Assembly: GCA_944358675.1 (NCBI GenBank) | Contig: CALVRN010000001.1 | Location: 23,358-87,357, forward strand | Reading direction: 5' to 3' | Length of the DNA stretch: 64,000 nucleotides | Source: an uncultured Bacilli bacterium | GTDB taxonomy: Bacteria > Bacillota_I > Bacilli_A > RF39 > UBA660 | Shown: positions 47,364 through 57,734 of the stretch, one piece after another | How positions within the stretch are numbered: the stretch's first letter is position 1 | Layout of the letters: every line of letters begins with the position of its first letter | Notes under the pieces: generated by a model | Databases searched by the model: none | What the model was told of the DNA's origin: nothing | What the model saw: only the letters and a program-made list of their open reading frames with translations | Position numbers and translations under genes: made by a program

Positions 47364-47831
47364 TTACCATCTATAATGAGCAAATGCTTTATTAGCTTCT
47401 GCCATTCTATGAGTTTCCTCACGTTTTTTAACCGCAGCTCCAACACCGTTAGAAGCATCGATTATTTCATTAGCTAAATTTTCAGCCATAGAATGTCCGC
47501 CTCTTAAGCGAGCATAATTAACAAGCCAACGTAGTCCTAAAGCTTGAGCTCTATCAGGACGTACTTCGATAGGTACTGGATAGTTAGCTCCACCTACACG
47601 TCTTGTTTTAACTTCTAAAGCTGGTTTGATATTTTCTAAAGCTTTGTTAAATACTTCTACTGGATCAGTACCAGTTTTTTCTTTAACCATATCAAACGCA
47701 TTATAAAGAATTGTTTGTGCAGTTCCTTTTTTACCATCTAGCATCATAGAGTTAATTAACTTTGTAACAACTTTAGAATTGTAAATTGGATCTGGTAAAA
47801 CGTCTCTTTTAATAGCTCTTCTTTTACGCAT
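47364..47831 (-). CDS. rpsG: 30S ribosomal protein S7
   Basis: Full-length S7 similarity (PDPIYNS...[21 protein letters not shown]). Confidence 0.99.
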   Translation of the reverse strand: MRKRRAIKRDVLPDPIYNSKVVTKLINSMMLDGKKGTAQTILYNAFDMVKEKTGTDPVEVFNKALENIKPALEVKTRRVGGANYPVPIEVRPDRAQALGLRWLVNYARLRGGHSMAENLANEIIDASNGVGAAVKKREETHRMAEANKAFAHYRW

Positions 47832-47870
47832 AATAATCCTCCTTCCAAATTTATTTTAAAATGTTTTTAA

Positions 47871-48287
47871 TTATTTACTTTTTGGTTTTTTAGCACCGTA
47901 TTTAGAACGGCCTTGTCTTCTTGCATCAACTCCAGCAGTATCCATAGTACCACGAATAATGTGATAACGAACACCGATTAAGTCTTTAACACGTCCACCA
48001 CGAACAAGTACAACACTGTGTTCTTGTAAGTTGTGTCCTTCTCCTGGAATATAAGTATCTACTTCTCTTCCGTTTGAAAGTCTAACACGTGCATATTTTC
48101 TTAAAGCTGAGTTCGGTTTCTTTGGTGTTTTAGTTCCAACACGAGTACATACACCACGTTTTTGCGGAGAATTACTTATTGTCTCTTTTCTATCTTTACT
48201 GTTGTATCCAATGTTTAAAACTGGTGATTTACTTTTTCTAACTTTTGAACCTCTTCTTTTTCTAACAAGTTGGTTAATTGTTGGCAT
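47871..48287 (-). CDS. rpsL: 30S ribosomal protein S12
   Basis: [11 protein letters not shown]-terminus. AGGAGG precedes the ATG at 48287, so the ORF-track start at 48305 is unlikely. Confidence 0.99.
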   Translation of the reverse strand: MPTINQLVRKRRGSKVRKSKSPVLNIGYNSKDRKETISNSPQKRGVCTRVGTKTPKKPNSALRKYARVRLSNGREVDTYIPGEGHNLQEHSVVLVRGGRVKDLIGVRYHIIRGTMDTAGVDARRQGRSKYGAKKPKSK

Positions 48288-48385
48288 TTTTTCTCCTCCT
48301 TTCATTACACATACCCAGGTGTTTCATTTTTATTCTTAATTAAAGATTTACCGCAAAGGTAAACCTAAAATTAAAATGCATAAAT

Positions 48386-48414
48386 AATATACCATTTCAT
48401 TATATGAATGTCAA
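48386..48414 (-). promoter_or_regulatory. str operon promoter TTGACA-N17-TGgTATATT
   Basis: Read on the minus strand: TTGACA at 48414-48409 and TATATT at 48391-48386. It is followed by an ~85-nt leader containing a tttacc/ggtaaa hairpin. Confidence 0.6.
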
Positions 48415-48432
48415 TAAATTTTATTCCTTTTA

Positions 48433-48759
48433 TTAAAAATTTTTCGGATTACTCATAATCTGAATAATTAAATCCATATTATCGTCCTTAGCTATCTTAT
48501 TTTTTTTAATAGCCCCGCATTTATTACAAATGTAAACTATTTTATACTCACCTTTTTTACCATTATCAATAGCTATTGGTTCTAAAATTCCATGGCACTC
48601 ACACTCTCTATCACCTGGATTAATATCTACATGTTTAGAACACAAACATTTTGGACAATGATCGCGTGCTGTATATCCAAGTGGACTAACCTTTTCGCCA
48701 CAAACATCACAAATAAAATCTTCATCACGCATAGTAAATCTTGCTTTTTGTTCTTCCAT
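48433..48759 (-). CDS. RNHCP domain-containing zinc-ribbon protein
   Basis: CDVCG...ARDHCPKCLCSKH...CNKCG, an RNHCP-like signature with two CxxC pairs. Confidence 0.7.
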   Translation of the reverse strand: MEEQKARFTMRDEDFICDVCGEKVSPLGYTARDHCPKCLCSKHVDINPGDRECECHGILEPIAIDNGKKGEYKIVYICNKCGAIKKNKIAKDDNMDLIIQIMSNPKNF

Positions 48760-48863
48760 TAAAATAACTACTCCTTTTATATATATTTTATCATAAATTA
48801 ACTTGGAAAAAATATTTTTTTAATTTTAATAATTACATCTTCATAATCTATAATGGTGATATA

Positions 48864-49589
48864 ATGACTCTTTTTTCTATAAAACACTTAATACTAATTT
48901 TTATATTAATTTTGTTTCCAATTTTAATCAGCACTAAAATTAAAAAAAGTAAAACTACCCTATCTTTCATTTTACTTTTTCTATTATCATTAGAAATATT
49001 TAAATTTTTATTTTTAATACTCACAAACAACTATCAATTAAATAAAGATTTGCCTTTACAACTGTGCTACTTATATCCTTTAATTGGTCTAGTATATTTA
49101 AAGACAAAAAAAGAATTTCTTTTAAATTATTTAGGTCCTTTCGGAATATTATTTGGCGTGGCAGCAATCTTTTTCACAAACCCACAAAATCTAAATTTTG
49201 ATACAATATATTGTTACTTTTATCATTTCTTCTTATTAATATCAGGAGTTTATATAACAAAAAACTATAAAACTCATTTCTATTTTAAAAATATTCTTGT
49301 TATGTTTATGCAAATCATACCAGCTTATATTGCTAACTCATTAATAAAAAATGGTTCTAATTATATTTTTTTAAATACCTTTTTAGATCCATCTCATTAT
49401 ACAAAATATGTTGATAATATATCTGCTTTCAACATAAAATTATTTGGAATTTCAATTAACGACATTCTAATTGTTTTAATTAATACGTTTGGAAAAACTA
49501 TATATATTTTATTGTTTATTCTATTAATCATATCATTCAATTCATTATTTCTATATATATTTAGTGATAAACATAAATCAAAAACTTAA
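48864..49589 (+). CDS. Integral membrane protein (YwaF/TIGR02206-like)
   Basis: About 240 aa with 7 TM helices and an LPLQLCYL motif. The family call is from memory. Confidence 0.45.
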   Translation: MTLFSIKHLILIFILILFPILISTKIKKSKTTLSFILLFLLSLEIFKFLFLILTNNYQLNKDLPLQLCYLYPLIGLVYLKTKKEFLLNYLGPFGILFGVAAIFFTNPQNLNFDTIYCYFYHFFLLISGVYITKNYKTHFYFKNILVMFMQIIPAYIANSLIKNGSNYIFLNTFLDPSHYTKYVDNISAFNIKLFGISINDILIVLINTFGKTIYILLFILLIISFNSLFLYIFSDKHKSKT

Positions 49590-50470
49590 ACCACCTTATA
49601 AGTTGTCGTAAAAATTTTATCATCACTGCAGTATTCCATAACAAATCTATTCTCTTTTTTACATATAACCACACCTACAGTTTTATCGTTAAATAACTCT
49701 TTAATATTTTTATCTACATAATTTATATATTTTGTAATCTGTCCAATATATTCAGCTTTAAATTCTGTAACCTTTAATTCCACTACAACAAAGCAATTAA
49801 ATTTATAATTAAAAAGTAAAAAATCAATGTAGTGATAATTATCCCCTATTTTAATTTTTACTTCACTACCAGCATATAAAAAACCAATACCTAATTCTTT
49901 TAAAAAATCATCCATATTTTCTAGGATAGATTTATGCAAAGCATATTCAGTTAGTCTTTCATTTTTATCTTTTACTTTTATCATTATTGGATTTTTAATT
50001 AAAGTATTTATCTTAGGCTTTTCTAACTCTTCTTTAAATCCAATTCTTTCATATTCTTTTGATTTTATTTTTTCTCTAAGTTCTCTAACAGATAGATTTT
50101 GTTTATCCGTTATATAAATATAATAATTTATTTCCATAATATTATCTAATGATAACAATTCACAAATATGGCTCCAACTTAATTTTGCAGACAGTGTCTG
50201 CACTTTTGAAAAATTCATATAAAATTTTCTCATTAATGCGAGATTCCGCCTACTGTAACCTTTACCAAGTTCTTTAGTTAATTTGAAAGAATACTCTTTA
50301 ATTAATTTATTTCCGTATTTAGCTCTCTTCTCTCCACCCTGTGCTTCAACTATTAATCTACCAACTTCAAAATAAGCATTTAAATCACTTCTGTTTTTAG
50401 AATAATCTTTGACCTTTTTATATATTTCATTTTTAACCAAAGTTTCTTTTATTTCATTATAGTAATTAAT
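49586..50470 (-). CDS. PDDEXK nuclease domain protein (DUF1016/YhcG family), downstream tandem copy with a probable ATT start
   Basis: Collinear with the upstream paralog along all 294 aa. The C-terminal IDFLLFNYKFNCFVVVELK forms a PD-(D/E)xK core. GAGGAG lies 7 nt before the ATT at 50470, where the paralog has ATG. Confidence 0.6.
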   Translation of the reverse strand: MNYYNEIKETLVKNEIYKKVKDYSKNRSDLNAYFEVGRLIVEAQGGEKRAKYGNKLIKEYSFKLTKELGKGYSRRNLALMRKFYMNFSKVQTLSAKLSWSHICELLSLDNIMEINYYIYITDKQNLSVRELREKIKSKEYERIGFKEELEKPKINTLIKNPIMIKVKDKNERLTEYALHKSILENMDDFLKELGIGFLYAGSEVKIKIGDNYHYIDFLLFNYKFNCFVVVELKVTEFKAEYIGQITKYINYVDKNIKELFNDKTVGVVICKKENRFVMEYCSDDKIFTTTYKVV

Positions 50471-50483
50471 AATATCACTCCTC

Positions 50484-51368
50484 TTAAACCACCTTATAAG
50501 TTGTCGTAAAAATCCTGTCATCACTGCAGTATTCCATAATAAATCTATTTTCTTTCTTACATATAACCACACCTACAGTTTTATCGTTAAATAACTCTTT
50601 AATGTTTTTATCAACATAATTTATATACTTTGTAACCTGTCCAACATATTCTACTTTCATTTCAGTTACTTTAAGTTCTATGACAACATAACAATTATAT
50701 TTAACATTAAAAAATAGAAAATCTATATAATTATATCTATCACCTATTTTAATTTTTACTTCACTACCTATATAGGCAAAACCAATACCTAATTCTTTTA
50801 AAAAATCATCCATATTTTCTAGGATAGATTTGTGCAAAGCATATTCACTTAATTCTTCGTTGGAATTATTTGTTTTAATCATTATTGGATTTTTAATTAA
50901 AGTGTTTATTCTAGGTTCTTCTAGTTCCTCTTTGTATCCAATTCTCTCATACTCTTTTGATTTTATTCTTTCTCTGAGTTCTCTTACAGACAGATTTTGG
51001 CTTTTTACTATATAAATATAATAATTTATCATATTGTTATTGCTCATAGATAAAAGCAAACGATAATGACTCCAATTCAATTCGGCACACACTGTGTGCC
51101 ATTTCCTAAATTTAATATAAAAACTTCGCATATTGCGCAAATTTCTTTCAGTATAACCTTTACCGAGTTCTTTAGTTAATTTTTCAGAATATTCTTTAAT
51201 AAGCTTATTCCCATATTTAGCTCTTTTCTCTCCACCTTGAGCTTCTACAATTAATCTACCAACTTCAAAGTAGGCATTTAAATCACTTTTATTTTTAGAA
51301 TAATCTTTAACCTTCTTATATATCTCATTCTTAACTAATGTTTCTTTTATTTCATTATAGTAATTCAT
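50484..51368 (-). CDS. PDDEXK nuclease domain protein (DUF1016/YhcG family), upstream tandem copy
   Basis: YhcG-type N-terminal helical domain (EVGRLIVEAQGGEKRAKYGNKLI) and the C-terminal IDFLFFNVKYNCYVVIELK. AGAGGTG RBS. Confidence 0.75.
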   Translation of the reverse strand: MNYYNEIKETLVKNEIYKKVKDYSKNKSDLNAYFEVGRLIVEAQGGEKRAKYGNKLIKEYSEKLTKELGKGYTERNLRNMRSFYIKFRKWHTVCAELNWSHYRLLLSMSNNNMINYYIYIVKSQNLSVRELRERIKSKEYERIGYKEELEEPRINTLIKNPIMIKTNNSNEELSEYALHKSILENMDDFLKELGIGFAYIGSEVKIKIGDRYNYIDFLFFNVKYNCYVVIELKVTEMKVEYVGQVTKYINYVDKNIKELFNDKTVGVVICKKENRFIMEYCSDDRIFTTTYKVV

Positions 51369-51429
51369 TTTTTCACCTCTATTTATTAATATACGAGGTT
51401 TATAAACAAATTCCTTCTTTCAAAGAAAA

Positions 51430-51457
51430 AAACTATAGAATTTTAACTCTATAGTTT
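51430..51457 (-). terminator. uvrA terminator
   Basis: Arms aaactatag and ctatagttt form 9 bp with a 10-nt loop, followed on the minus strand by TTTTTTT. Confidence 0.65.
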
Positions 51458-54269
51458 ATTTCAAATAAGGTTTTAAAAACTTACCAGTATAACTCTCTGG
51501 ACATTCAGCCACTTCTTCAGGTGTTCCAGTAACAACAATATTACCGCCACCATCACCGCCTTCTGGTCCTAAATCAATAATATAATCAGCCACTTTAATT
51601 ACATCTAAATTGTGCTCAATAACTAAAACCGTATCTCCATTATCAACAATTCTATTTAAAATAACAAGTAACTTTTTAATATCATCAGAATGTAAACCGG
51701 TTGTAGGTTCATCTAATATAAATAAACTCTTACCAGTTGGCTTCTTCTGTAGCTCCTTAGCTAATTTTACTCTAGCCGCTTCACCACCAGAAAGTGTTGG
51801 CGCACTTTGACCAAGTTTAATATAAGAAAGTCCAACATCAGAAAGCATCTGTAATTTATTTTTAATCTTAGGAACATTTTCAAAAAACTTAAGTGCCTCT
51901 TCCACTGTCATCTCTAATACATCATAAATACTTTTCCCTTTGTATTTTATCTGTAAAGTTTCACTATTATAACGTGTACCATGACATACCTCACAAGGTA
52001 CATAAACATCAGGTAAGAAGTGCATTTCAATTTTCTTAACACCATCACCCCAGCATGCTTCACATCTTCCACCTTTAACATTAAATGAAAATCTACCTTT
52101 ATCATATCCACGCATTTTAGCCTCTTTAGTTTCCGCAAAAACATCACGAATATCATCAAACACTGAAGTATAAGTTGCTGGATTACTACGTGGAGTTCTA
52201 CCAATTGGAGTTTGTGAAATATCTACAACTTTATCAATGTTTTCTAAACCCTTCACACTCTTATAAATACCTGGCTTTTCTTTAGACTTATATAAATTAC
52301 TTGAAACAACCTTATATAAAATTTCATTAACAAGTGTACTCTTACCACTTCCAGAAACCCCAGTTACACATATAAACTTACCAAGTGGAAACTTGACTTT
52401 AATATTTTTTAAATTATTTTCCTTAGCTCCAACAATCTCTAAATACTTCTTATTACCTTTTCTTCTCTTAGAAGGAACTTCAATCTTAAGTTCTCCTGTC
52501 AAATATTTACCAGTCAAACTATTTGAATTAGCCATAACTTCTTTAGGTGTACCTTCCGCAACCACATTACCTCCGTGAACACCAGCACCAGGTCCAATAT
52601 CTACTAAATAATCCGCTTGAAGCATCGTATCTGTATCGTGTTCAACGACAATTAAAGTATTTCCTAAATCACGCATTTTTAAAAGTGAATTAATTAATCT
52701 TTGATTATCTCTTTGGTGTAGACCAATAGAAGGTTCATCCAAGACATATAAAACACCTGTTAATTGTGAACCAATTTGTGTAGCTAATCTAATACGTTGA
52801 GCCTCACCACCAGATAAAGTCTTAGCTTCTCTATCTAATGTCAAATACTCAAGTCCTACATTAATCAAAAACGAAAGTCTAGATTTAATTTCTTTTAAAA
52901 TTAAATTAGATATTTCTTCTTGTTCCTTAGTAAGTTTTAAATCACTTAAAAAACCATATAAATCCTTAATACTAAGCTGCGTTACTTCATAAATATTTTT
53001 GCCACCAATTAAAACAGCCAAAACATCATCTGAAAGCCTAGAACCATGACACTTAGGACATTTAAGCTCTGTCATATAATTTTCAATCCAAGTCCTAACC
53101 CAAGTACTTTTAGTTTCCATGTAACGTCTTTCTAAGTTAGTAATAATACCTTCAAAATACCCTTTAGTTGTTCTTTTATTACCAGCTTTAGAAGTATAAT
53201 TAAAAGTAAGTAAATCTGAACTACCATATAAAACAATATCTAACTCTTTTCTAGTTAAATCTTTAATAGGTTTATTCATATCAATCCCATAATAAAGGCA
53301 AGCTGTTTCCAAATTAGTATAAGTAATATTATTCTCATCATCCACATTTATAGCACTAATCGCACCTTCATTAATACTTAAATTTTTATCAGGAATAATC
53401 AAATCCTCATCTATTTTATATTTAATACCAAGTCCCTTACACTCCGGACAAGCTCCCCAAGGTGCATTAAACGAAAACATTCTAGGTTCAAGCTCTGGCA
53501 AAGAAAAATCACACTCAGGGCAAGCATATGTCTCACTCATAAGCATTTTCTCCCCACCAATAACATCGATTAATATTTTCCCAGAACCTAATTTAGTCGC
53601 AACCTCCATACTCTCATAAAGTCTACTTCTAATTTCTGGTTTAATAACTAATCTATCAACTACAACTTCAATTGTATGTTTTTTATTCTTCTCTAAATTA
53701 ATATCTTCTGATAAATCATATTCCTTATCATCAATAATAACCCTAACATATCCTTCTTTACGTAAATTCAAAAGTAAATCTTTATGTGTACCTTTTTCTA
53801 AAGCCACCACTGGTCCCAAAACCCTAATTTTAGTTCTTTCTGGAAGTTTCATAACATCCGTGCACATTTCTTCAATACTTTGACTACTTATTGGAATATG
53901 ATGCCTAGGACAATAAGGAACACCAATACGAGCAAATAAAAGCCTCAAATAATCATATATCTCAGTAACCGTACCAACCGTACTACGAGGATTTTTATTA
54001 GTTGTTTTTTGATCGATACTAATAGCTGGAGAAAGTCCATCAATACTATCCACATCAGGTTTCTCAGAACCACCTAAAAATTGTCTAGCATAAGCACTCA
54101 AACTTTCAATATATCTTCTTTGACCTTCCGCATAAATTGTATCAAAAGCCAAACTACTTTTACCACTTCCAGAAACACCAGTCATAACTATCAATTTATC
54201 TTTAGGTAAAGTAATATTAATATTTTTTAAGTTGTTTTCTCTTGCACCTTTCACTACTATCTTGTCCAT
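51456..54269 (-). CDS. uvrA: Excinuclease ABC subunit A
   Basis: Two ABC modules (GVSGSGKSS and GVSGSGKST, with LSGGE signatures) and zinc modules (CPECDF...CPEC, CEAC...CEVC). GAAGGAG precedes the ATG at 54269. Confidence 0.98.
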   Translation of the reverse strand: MDKIVVKGARENNLKNINITLPKDKLIVMTGVSGSGKSSLAFDTIYAEGQRRYIESLSAYARQFLGGSEKPDVDSIDGLSPAISIDQKTTNKNPRSTVGTVTEIYDYLRLLFARIGVPYCPRHHIPISSQSIEEMCTDVMKLPERTKIRVLGPVVALEKGTHKDLLLNLRKEGYVRVIIDDKEYDLSEDINLEKNKKHTIEVVVDRLVIKPEIRSRLYESMEVATKLGSGKILIDVIGGEKMLMSETYACPECDFSLPELEPRMFSFNAPWGACPECKGLGIKYKIDEDLIIPDKNLSINEGAISAINVDDENNITYTNLETACLYYGIDMNKPIKDLTRKELDIVLYGSSDLLTFNYTSKAGNKRTTKGYFEGIITNLERRYMETKSTWVRTWIENYMTELKCPKCHGSRLSDDVLAVLIGGKNIYEVTQLSIKDLYGFLSDLKLTKEQEEISNLILKEIKSRLSFLINVGLEYLTLDREAKTLSGGEAQRIRLATQIGSQLTGVLYVLDEPSIGLHQRDNQRLINSLLKMRDLGNTLIVVEHDTDTMLQADYLVDIGPGAGVHGGNVVAEGTPKEVMANSNSLTGKYLTGELKIEVPSKRRKGNKKYLEIVGAKENNLKNIKVKFPLGKFICVTGVSGSGKSTLVNEILYKVVSSNLYKSKEKPGIYKSVKGLENIDKVVDISQTPIGRTPRSNPATYTSVFDDIRDVFAETKEAKMRGYDKGRFSFNVKGGRCEACWGDGVKKIEMHFLPDVYVPCEVCHGTRYNSETLQIKYKGKSIYDVLEMTVEEALKFFENVPKIKNKLQMLSDVGLSYIKLGQSAPTLSGGEAARVKLAKELQKKPTGKSLFILDEPTTGLHSDDIKKLLVILNRIVDNGDTVLVIEHNLDVIKVADYIIDLGPEGGDGGGNIVVTGTPEEVAECPESYTGKFLKPYLK

Positions 54270-54738
54270 AAACACCAACTCCTTCAAATAATTTAAGTTC
54301 ATCTTCTGTCAAATTGAAATCCCTGATAAATCTTTCTCTACGTTCAACATAAGTATGAAGCATCATATCAATAATTTCTTTTCTAGAAACCTCTCTAATA
54401 ATTCTCAAATACTCACACACATACATATCATAATAGCCATAATATTCATCATCATATTTTTTCACATCTCCAAAACCAATAACCTCAGTCATTATAGAAT
54501 CATTAGGATTGACATATCTAAAACAGTCCTCTATATGTTTACATAAATGAAAACCATTCCCATTATTACCCCATTTTATTTCACCATCCGCATGATAAAT
54601 TTTACCAATTTTAAATTTATCACCATATCTATTCGTAAAATCTTTATTAAAAGCTTTATAACCTATTACAAACAAATTTATCACATCCAAAACTACTATC
54701 AATATTATAACATCACTGTCAATATTTATTATCAACAT
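54217..54738 (-). CDS. Hypothetical protein with a GYKAF...GFHLC domain; the start is uncertain (ATG 54738 or TTG 54675)
   Basis: [24 protein letters not shown]...[16 protein letters not shown] resembles a KAF/GFHFC domain common in phage and Firmicutes hypothetical proteins, as recalled. The 3' end overlaps uvrA by 53 nt. Confidence 0.4.
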   Translation of the reverse strand: MLIINIDSDVIILIVVLDVINLFVIGYKAFNKDFTNRYGDKFKIGKIYHADGEIKWGNNGNGFHLCKHIEDCFRYVNPNDSIMTEVIGFGDVKKYDDEYYGYYDMYVCEYLRIIREVSRKEIIDMMLHTYVERRERFIRDFNLTEDELKLFEGVGVYGQDSSERCKRKQLKKY

Positions 54739-54806
54739 TATAATTTTACAAAGCAAACAAAAGTTTGTCAATACTCAAAATAAAACATCTAGTAAAACTA
54801 GATGCC

Positions 54807-55157
54807 TTAATCCTTCGGTTCAAAAACTAAAGACATAAAGAAAGCAAATATAATTGCCGCACTAATACCAGCTGCTGTTAAATCCAAAGTACCACTAAAT
54901 AAACCAAGTACTCCTTCAGTATTATATCCATGAATTGCACCATGTGTTAAATTATGGCCAAAACTTGTAATAGGTACTAGTGCTCCTCCGCCAGCCCATA
55001 AAATAATCTGATCATATATATTAAATACATCTAAAAAAGCTCCAAGTACAACAAATATAACCGTAATATGCCCAGGTGTTAATTTAGTTGTATCCAGTAT
55101 TATTTGTGCAACCGCACAGACCAACCCTGCAAATAAAAAGGCATTTAAATATATCAT
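54807..55157 (-). CDS. spoVAE: Stage V sporulation protein AE (SpoVAEB-type)
   Basis: 116-aa membrane protein following spoVAD with a 4-nt overlap; typical SpoVAE sequence (GGGALVPITSFGH). Confidence 0.88.
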   Translation of the reverse strand: MIYLNAFLFAGLVCAVAQIILDTTKLTPGHITVIFVVLGAFLDVFNIYDQIILWAGGGALVPITSFGHNLTHGAIHGYNTEGVLGLFSGTLDLTAAGISAAIIFAFFMSLVFEPKD

Positions 55158-56143
55158 GATATTACCTCCAAACTAACCACATGACTTATAGATGGTATAG
55201 TAAGTTTATGATTAGCCATAGTTGGACACATCAATGCTCCAGTTGCCGCTAATAATATTCTTTTATACTTTCCCTTTTTCATTTGATCAAATACATAACC
55301 ATAAGTAACAAGTGGCGCACATGCTGGACCAGAAGCTCCTGCATAAACTGGTTGATTTTCCAAGTCATAAAGCATTACTCCTGTATCATTATAATTTTTT
55401 AAGTCAATATTGTATTCACTAAGCATATATTCTTTTAAAATTTTTTTGCCATATATTCCTAAATCTCCAGTTAAAACCAAATCATAATAATCAATATTTC
55501 TTCCAGTATCTTTCAAATGACTAACTATTGTATCAGCTGCCGCAATAGCCATAACCGCCCCCATATTAGAAACATCACCTACTTTAGAATCGATAACTCT
55601 ACCAATTGTTCCACTTTCAATTTTAATACTAGAACGATTTTTAGAAAGTAAAGCAGCTGCCGATCCGGTTGAAGTAAAAGTAGTACTTTTATGTTTAGGA
55701 CCGCCATATTCTACCGGATACCTATATTGCTTTTCAGCAGATGTATTATGTGAAGAAGTAAATGTAATAGCATTATTAATAAACCCACCATCAATTAAAC
55801 TAGCGCCCAAAATAAGCCCCAAAGTCGATGTCGAACAAGCCGCATAAATTCCAATAAAACTATTTTTTAACTTTTCCATCGCATAATTAGATGCCACTAT
55901 CTGATTAAGTAAATCGCCACCAATCAACAAATCAACATTATCAATATTAATCTTACTTTTATTAACTAATGTACTAATAGCTTCATCTACTAACTTAACT
56001 TCAGCTTGTTCCCAGTTCTTTTCACCAAAATATAAATCTTTATGACATAAATCAAAATATTTTCCAAGCGGTCCCTCACTTTCATAAGGACCTGTAATAG
56101 TAGAAGTATCATTTATATAAACATCATTAAATTTAAATGTCAT
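55154..56143 (-). CDS. spoVAD: Stage V sporulation protein AD (thiolase-like fold)
   Basis: About 329 aa. The N-terminus and ACSTS / GASGPACAP blocks are typical of SpoVAD. Positioned between spoVAC and spoVAE. Confidence 0.9.
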   Translation of the reverse strand: MTFKFNDVYINDTSTITGPYESEGPLGKYFDLCHKDLYFGEKNWEQAEVKLVDEAISTLVNKSKINIDNVDLLIGGDLLNQIVASNYAMEKLKNSFIGIYAACSTSTLGLILGASLIDGGFINNAITFTSSHNTSAEKQYRYPVEYGGPKHKSTTFTSTGSAAALLSKNRSSIKIESGTIGRVIDSKVGDVSNMGAVMAIAAADTIVSHLKDTGRNIDYYDLVLTGDLGIYGKKILKEYMLSEYNIDLKNYNDTGVMLYDLENQPVYAGASGPACAPLVTYGYVFDQMKKGKYKRILLAATGALMCPTMANHKLTIPSISHVVSLEVIS

Positions 56144-56577
56144 ATAAGTCCCACCACCATCCTAATCAAACTAAACACAAAACTACTTACAACTCCAAAT
56201 ATAATAACTGCTCCAGAAAGTTTAAGCATATTCGCTCCTATACCGGTAACTAACCCTTCTTTTCTATACTCTAAAGCTGCACTCATTGTCGCATGAGCAA
56301 AACCAGTAATTGGAATAATTAAACCACATTTACAAAAATTCACCCACTTATCAAAGAAACCTAAAGATGTAAATAAACAACTAAAAAATATAAGAGTAAC
56401 AAGCATACAAACTGTAGCTTCTTTAGTTGGAATATCAAACCAAGAAGAATATCCATCAATTAATAATTGTCCAACTATTCCCATTAAGCCTCCAGTTATA
56501 AAAGCAATAACCGCATTCATCAAAACATTTTCTTTTGGACTATGTTTTTTCACAATCTCTTGATAATTTTGTTTCAT
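56140..56577 (-). CDS. spoVAC: Stage V sporulation protein AC
   Basis: 145-aa, 4-TM protein (FITGGLMGIVGQ..., PITGFAHA). First gene of a spoVAC-AD-AE cluster. Confidence 0.9.
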   Translation of the reverse strand: MKQNYQEIVKKHSPKENVLMNAVIAFITGGLMGIVGQLLIDGYSSWFDIPTKEATVCMLVTLIFFSCLFTSLGFFDKWVNFCKCGLIIPITGFAHATMSAALEYRKEGLVTGIGANMLKLSGAVIIFGVVSSFVFSLIRMVVGLI

Positions 56578-56635
56578 AATAATTTCCTCCTAAAACTATT
56601 ATGAACCAAAGATTATTTTTCTATACAAAAAACCA

Positions 56636-57040
56636 CTAGCATTCATCTACACTAGTAGTTTTCACATACTCATACTTATATTTATTTCCAGTAAAGGTAA
56701 TGATAACATATCCATTAAAGTTTTCAAAATTTTCTTTTTCATCTGTACTACCTTCTTTATACATAGGATTTTGAATATCATCAGAATCAAGTAACCCAGC
56801 TTGCTGCAAAGTACTAATTCTAATACTACATTTATTTCCTTCCAACTGATCAGGTAACTTTAATGAATTTTTAGACATATATGTCCTCGCCGTATTTACA
56901 ATTGTATTAACTTGTTCATTATAAGCTTTTTCCCTAGATGAATTTAAAGCACTATTAATTGTTGGAATTGCAATCATCGCAATTAAACCCAAAATAACAA
57001 TAACTCCCAAAAGTTCAACTAAAGTAAAACCTTTTTTCAT
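56636..57040 (-). CDS. Type IV pilin / pseudopilin-like protein with a prepilin N-terminal methylation motif
   Basis: MKKG-FTLVELLGVIVILGLIAMIAIP is a class III signal (G/FTLVE). AGGTGA precedes the ATG at 57040. Confidence 0.8.
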   Translation of the reverse strand: MKKGFTLVELLGVIVILGLIAMIAIPTINSALNSSREKAYNEQVNTIVNTARTYMSKNSLKLPDQLEGNKCSIRISTLQQAGLLDSDDIQNPMYKEGSTDEKENFENFNGYVIITFTGNKYKYEYVKTTSVDEC

Positions 57041-57083
57041 ACCAATCACCTATTATTAATTATAATTTAAGTAAACACCATTG

Positions 57084-57731
57084 TCAATTAAAGACCTTGC
57101 GAAGTTTTGTTAAAACCTTATTTTCTCTTCTAGAAATGTCAACTTGACTTAAACCTAAATTATTCGCTATCTCACTTTGAGTCATATCTTTAAAATATCT
57201 ATCATACATAATAGTTCTTTCTGGTTCACCCAAAGCTTCTATCTCACTTTTTAAAAATATCAAAGTATCATAATCAACATCATTATTAGAAATAATATCA
57301 TACAAAGAAAGATCATCTAAATAAGGTTCATCTAAACTTATTCCATCACCTTTATATTCAATAAGCATATTCAAATTTTGAAGTGGTATATTTAAATAAT
57401 CGCTTAACTCTTCATTTGTTGGTTCTCTCATAAGCTCCTGAGATAAATAAATTTTAGCCTTATCAATTTGTTTCCTAGCTCTATTCATATCTCTACTTAA
57501 TTTAACCGTATGATTTTCTCTCGCAAACTCTGATATTCTTCCTAAAATATAAGGATAAGCAAAAGTTGTAAACTTAACCCCCCTAGAAGAATCAAACTTC
57601 TTATAAGCTTCCATCATCCCAATACATCCAGCTTGAAATAAATCATCTAAATCACCACTAAATTTTCTTGCAATACTATAAATCAAATTACTATTTTCTA
57701 AAATTACCTCTTTTAAAGGTTTCATTTTCAC
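57084..57731 (-). CDS. sigF: Sporulation sigma factor, SigF-like (group 3 sigma-70), short form of 215 aa
   Basis: DDLFQAGCIGMMEAYKKFD (region 2.1/2.2), FTTFAYPYILGRI (2.3/2.4), VKLSRDMNR (3.0) and MTQSEIANNLGLSQVDISRRENK (4.2). Lies between a STAS gene and spoVA, as in the B. subtilis spoIIA-spoVA arrangement. Confidence 0.8.
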   Translation of the reverse strand: MKMKPLKEVILENSNLIYSIARKFSGDLDDLFQAGCIGMMEAYKKFDSSRGVKFTTFAYPYILGRISEFARENHTVKLSRDMNRARKQIDKAKIYLSQELMREPTNEELSDYLNIPLQNLNMLIEYKGDGISLDEPYLDDLSLYDIISNNDVDYDTLIFLKSEIEALGEPERTIMYDRYFKDMTQSEIANNLGLSQVDISRRENKVLTKLRKVFN

Positions 57732-57734
57732 CTC

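Noticed and set aside
48848-49030. A 60-aa minus-strand ORF overlapping the start of the YwaF-like gene.
   Set aside because: It is antisense to a 7-TM protein gene with a good RBS, its translation is low-complexity, and it has no RBS.
50484-50572. The ATG at 50572 as the start of the downstream DUF1016 gene, as given in the ORF track (328 aa).
   Set aside because: The extra 34 residues come from the 3' end of the upstream paralog read in another frame. The paralog alignment and the GAGGAG RBS point instead to the ATT at 50470.
51610-52578. Short ORFs inside uvrA (51610-51810, 51947-52204, 52393-52578).
   Set aside because: They are embedded in the uvrA coding region, either on the opposite strand or out of frame. 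No motifs or RBS were seen, so they are shadow ORFs.
54355-54783. Plus-strand ORFs 54355-54546 and 54547-54783.
   Set aside because: They are antisense to the GYKAF-domain gene. They are Ile/Asn/Tyr-rich AT-codon artefacts with no RBS.
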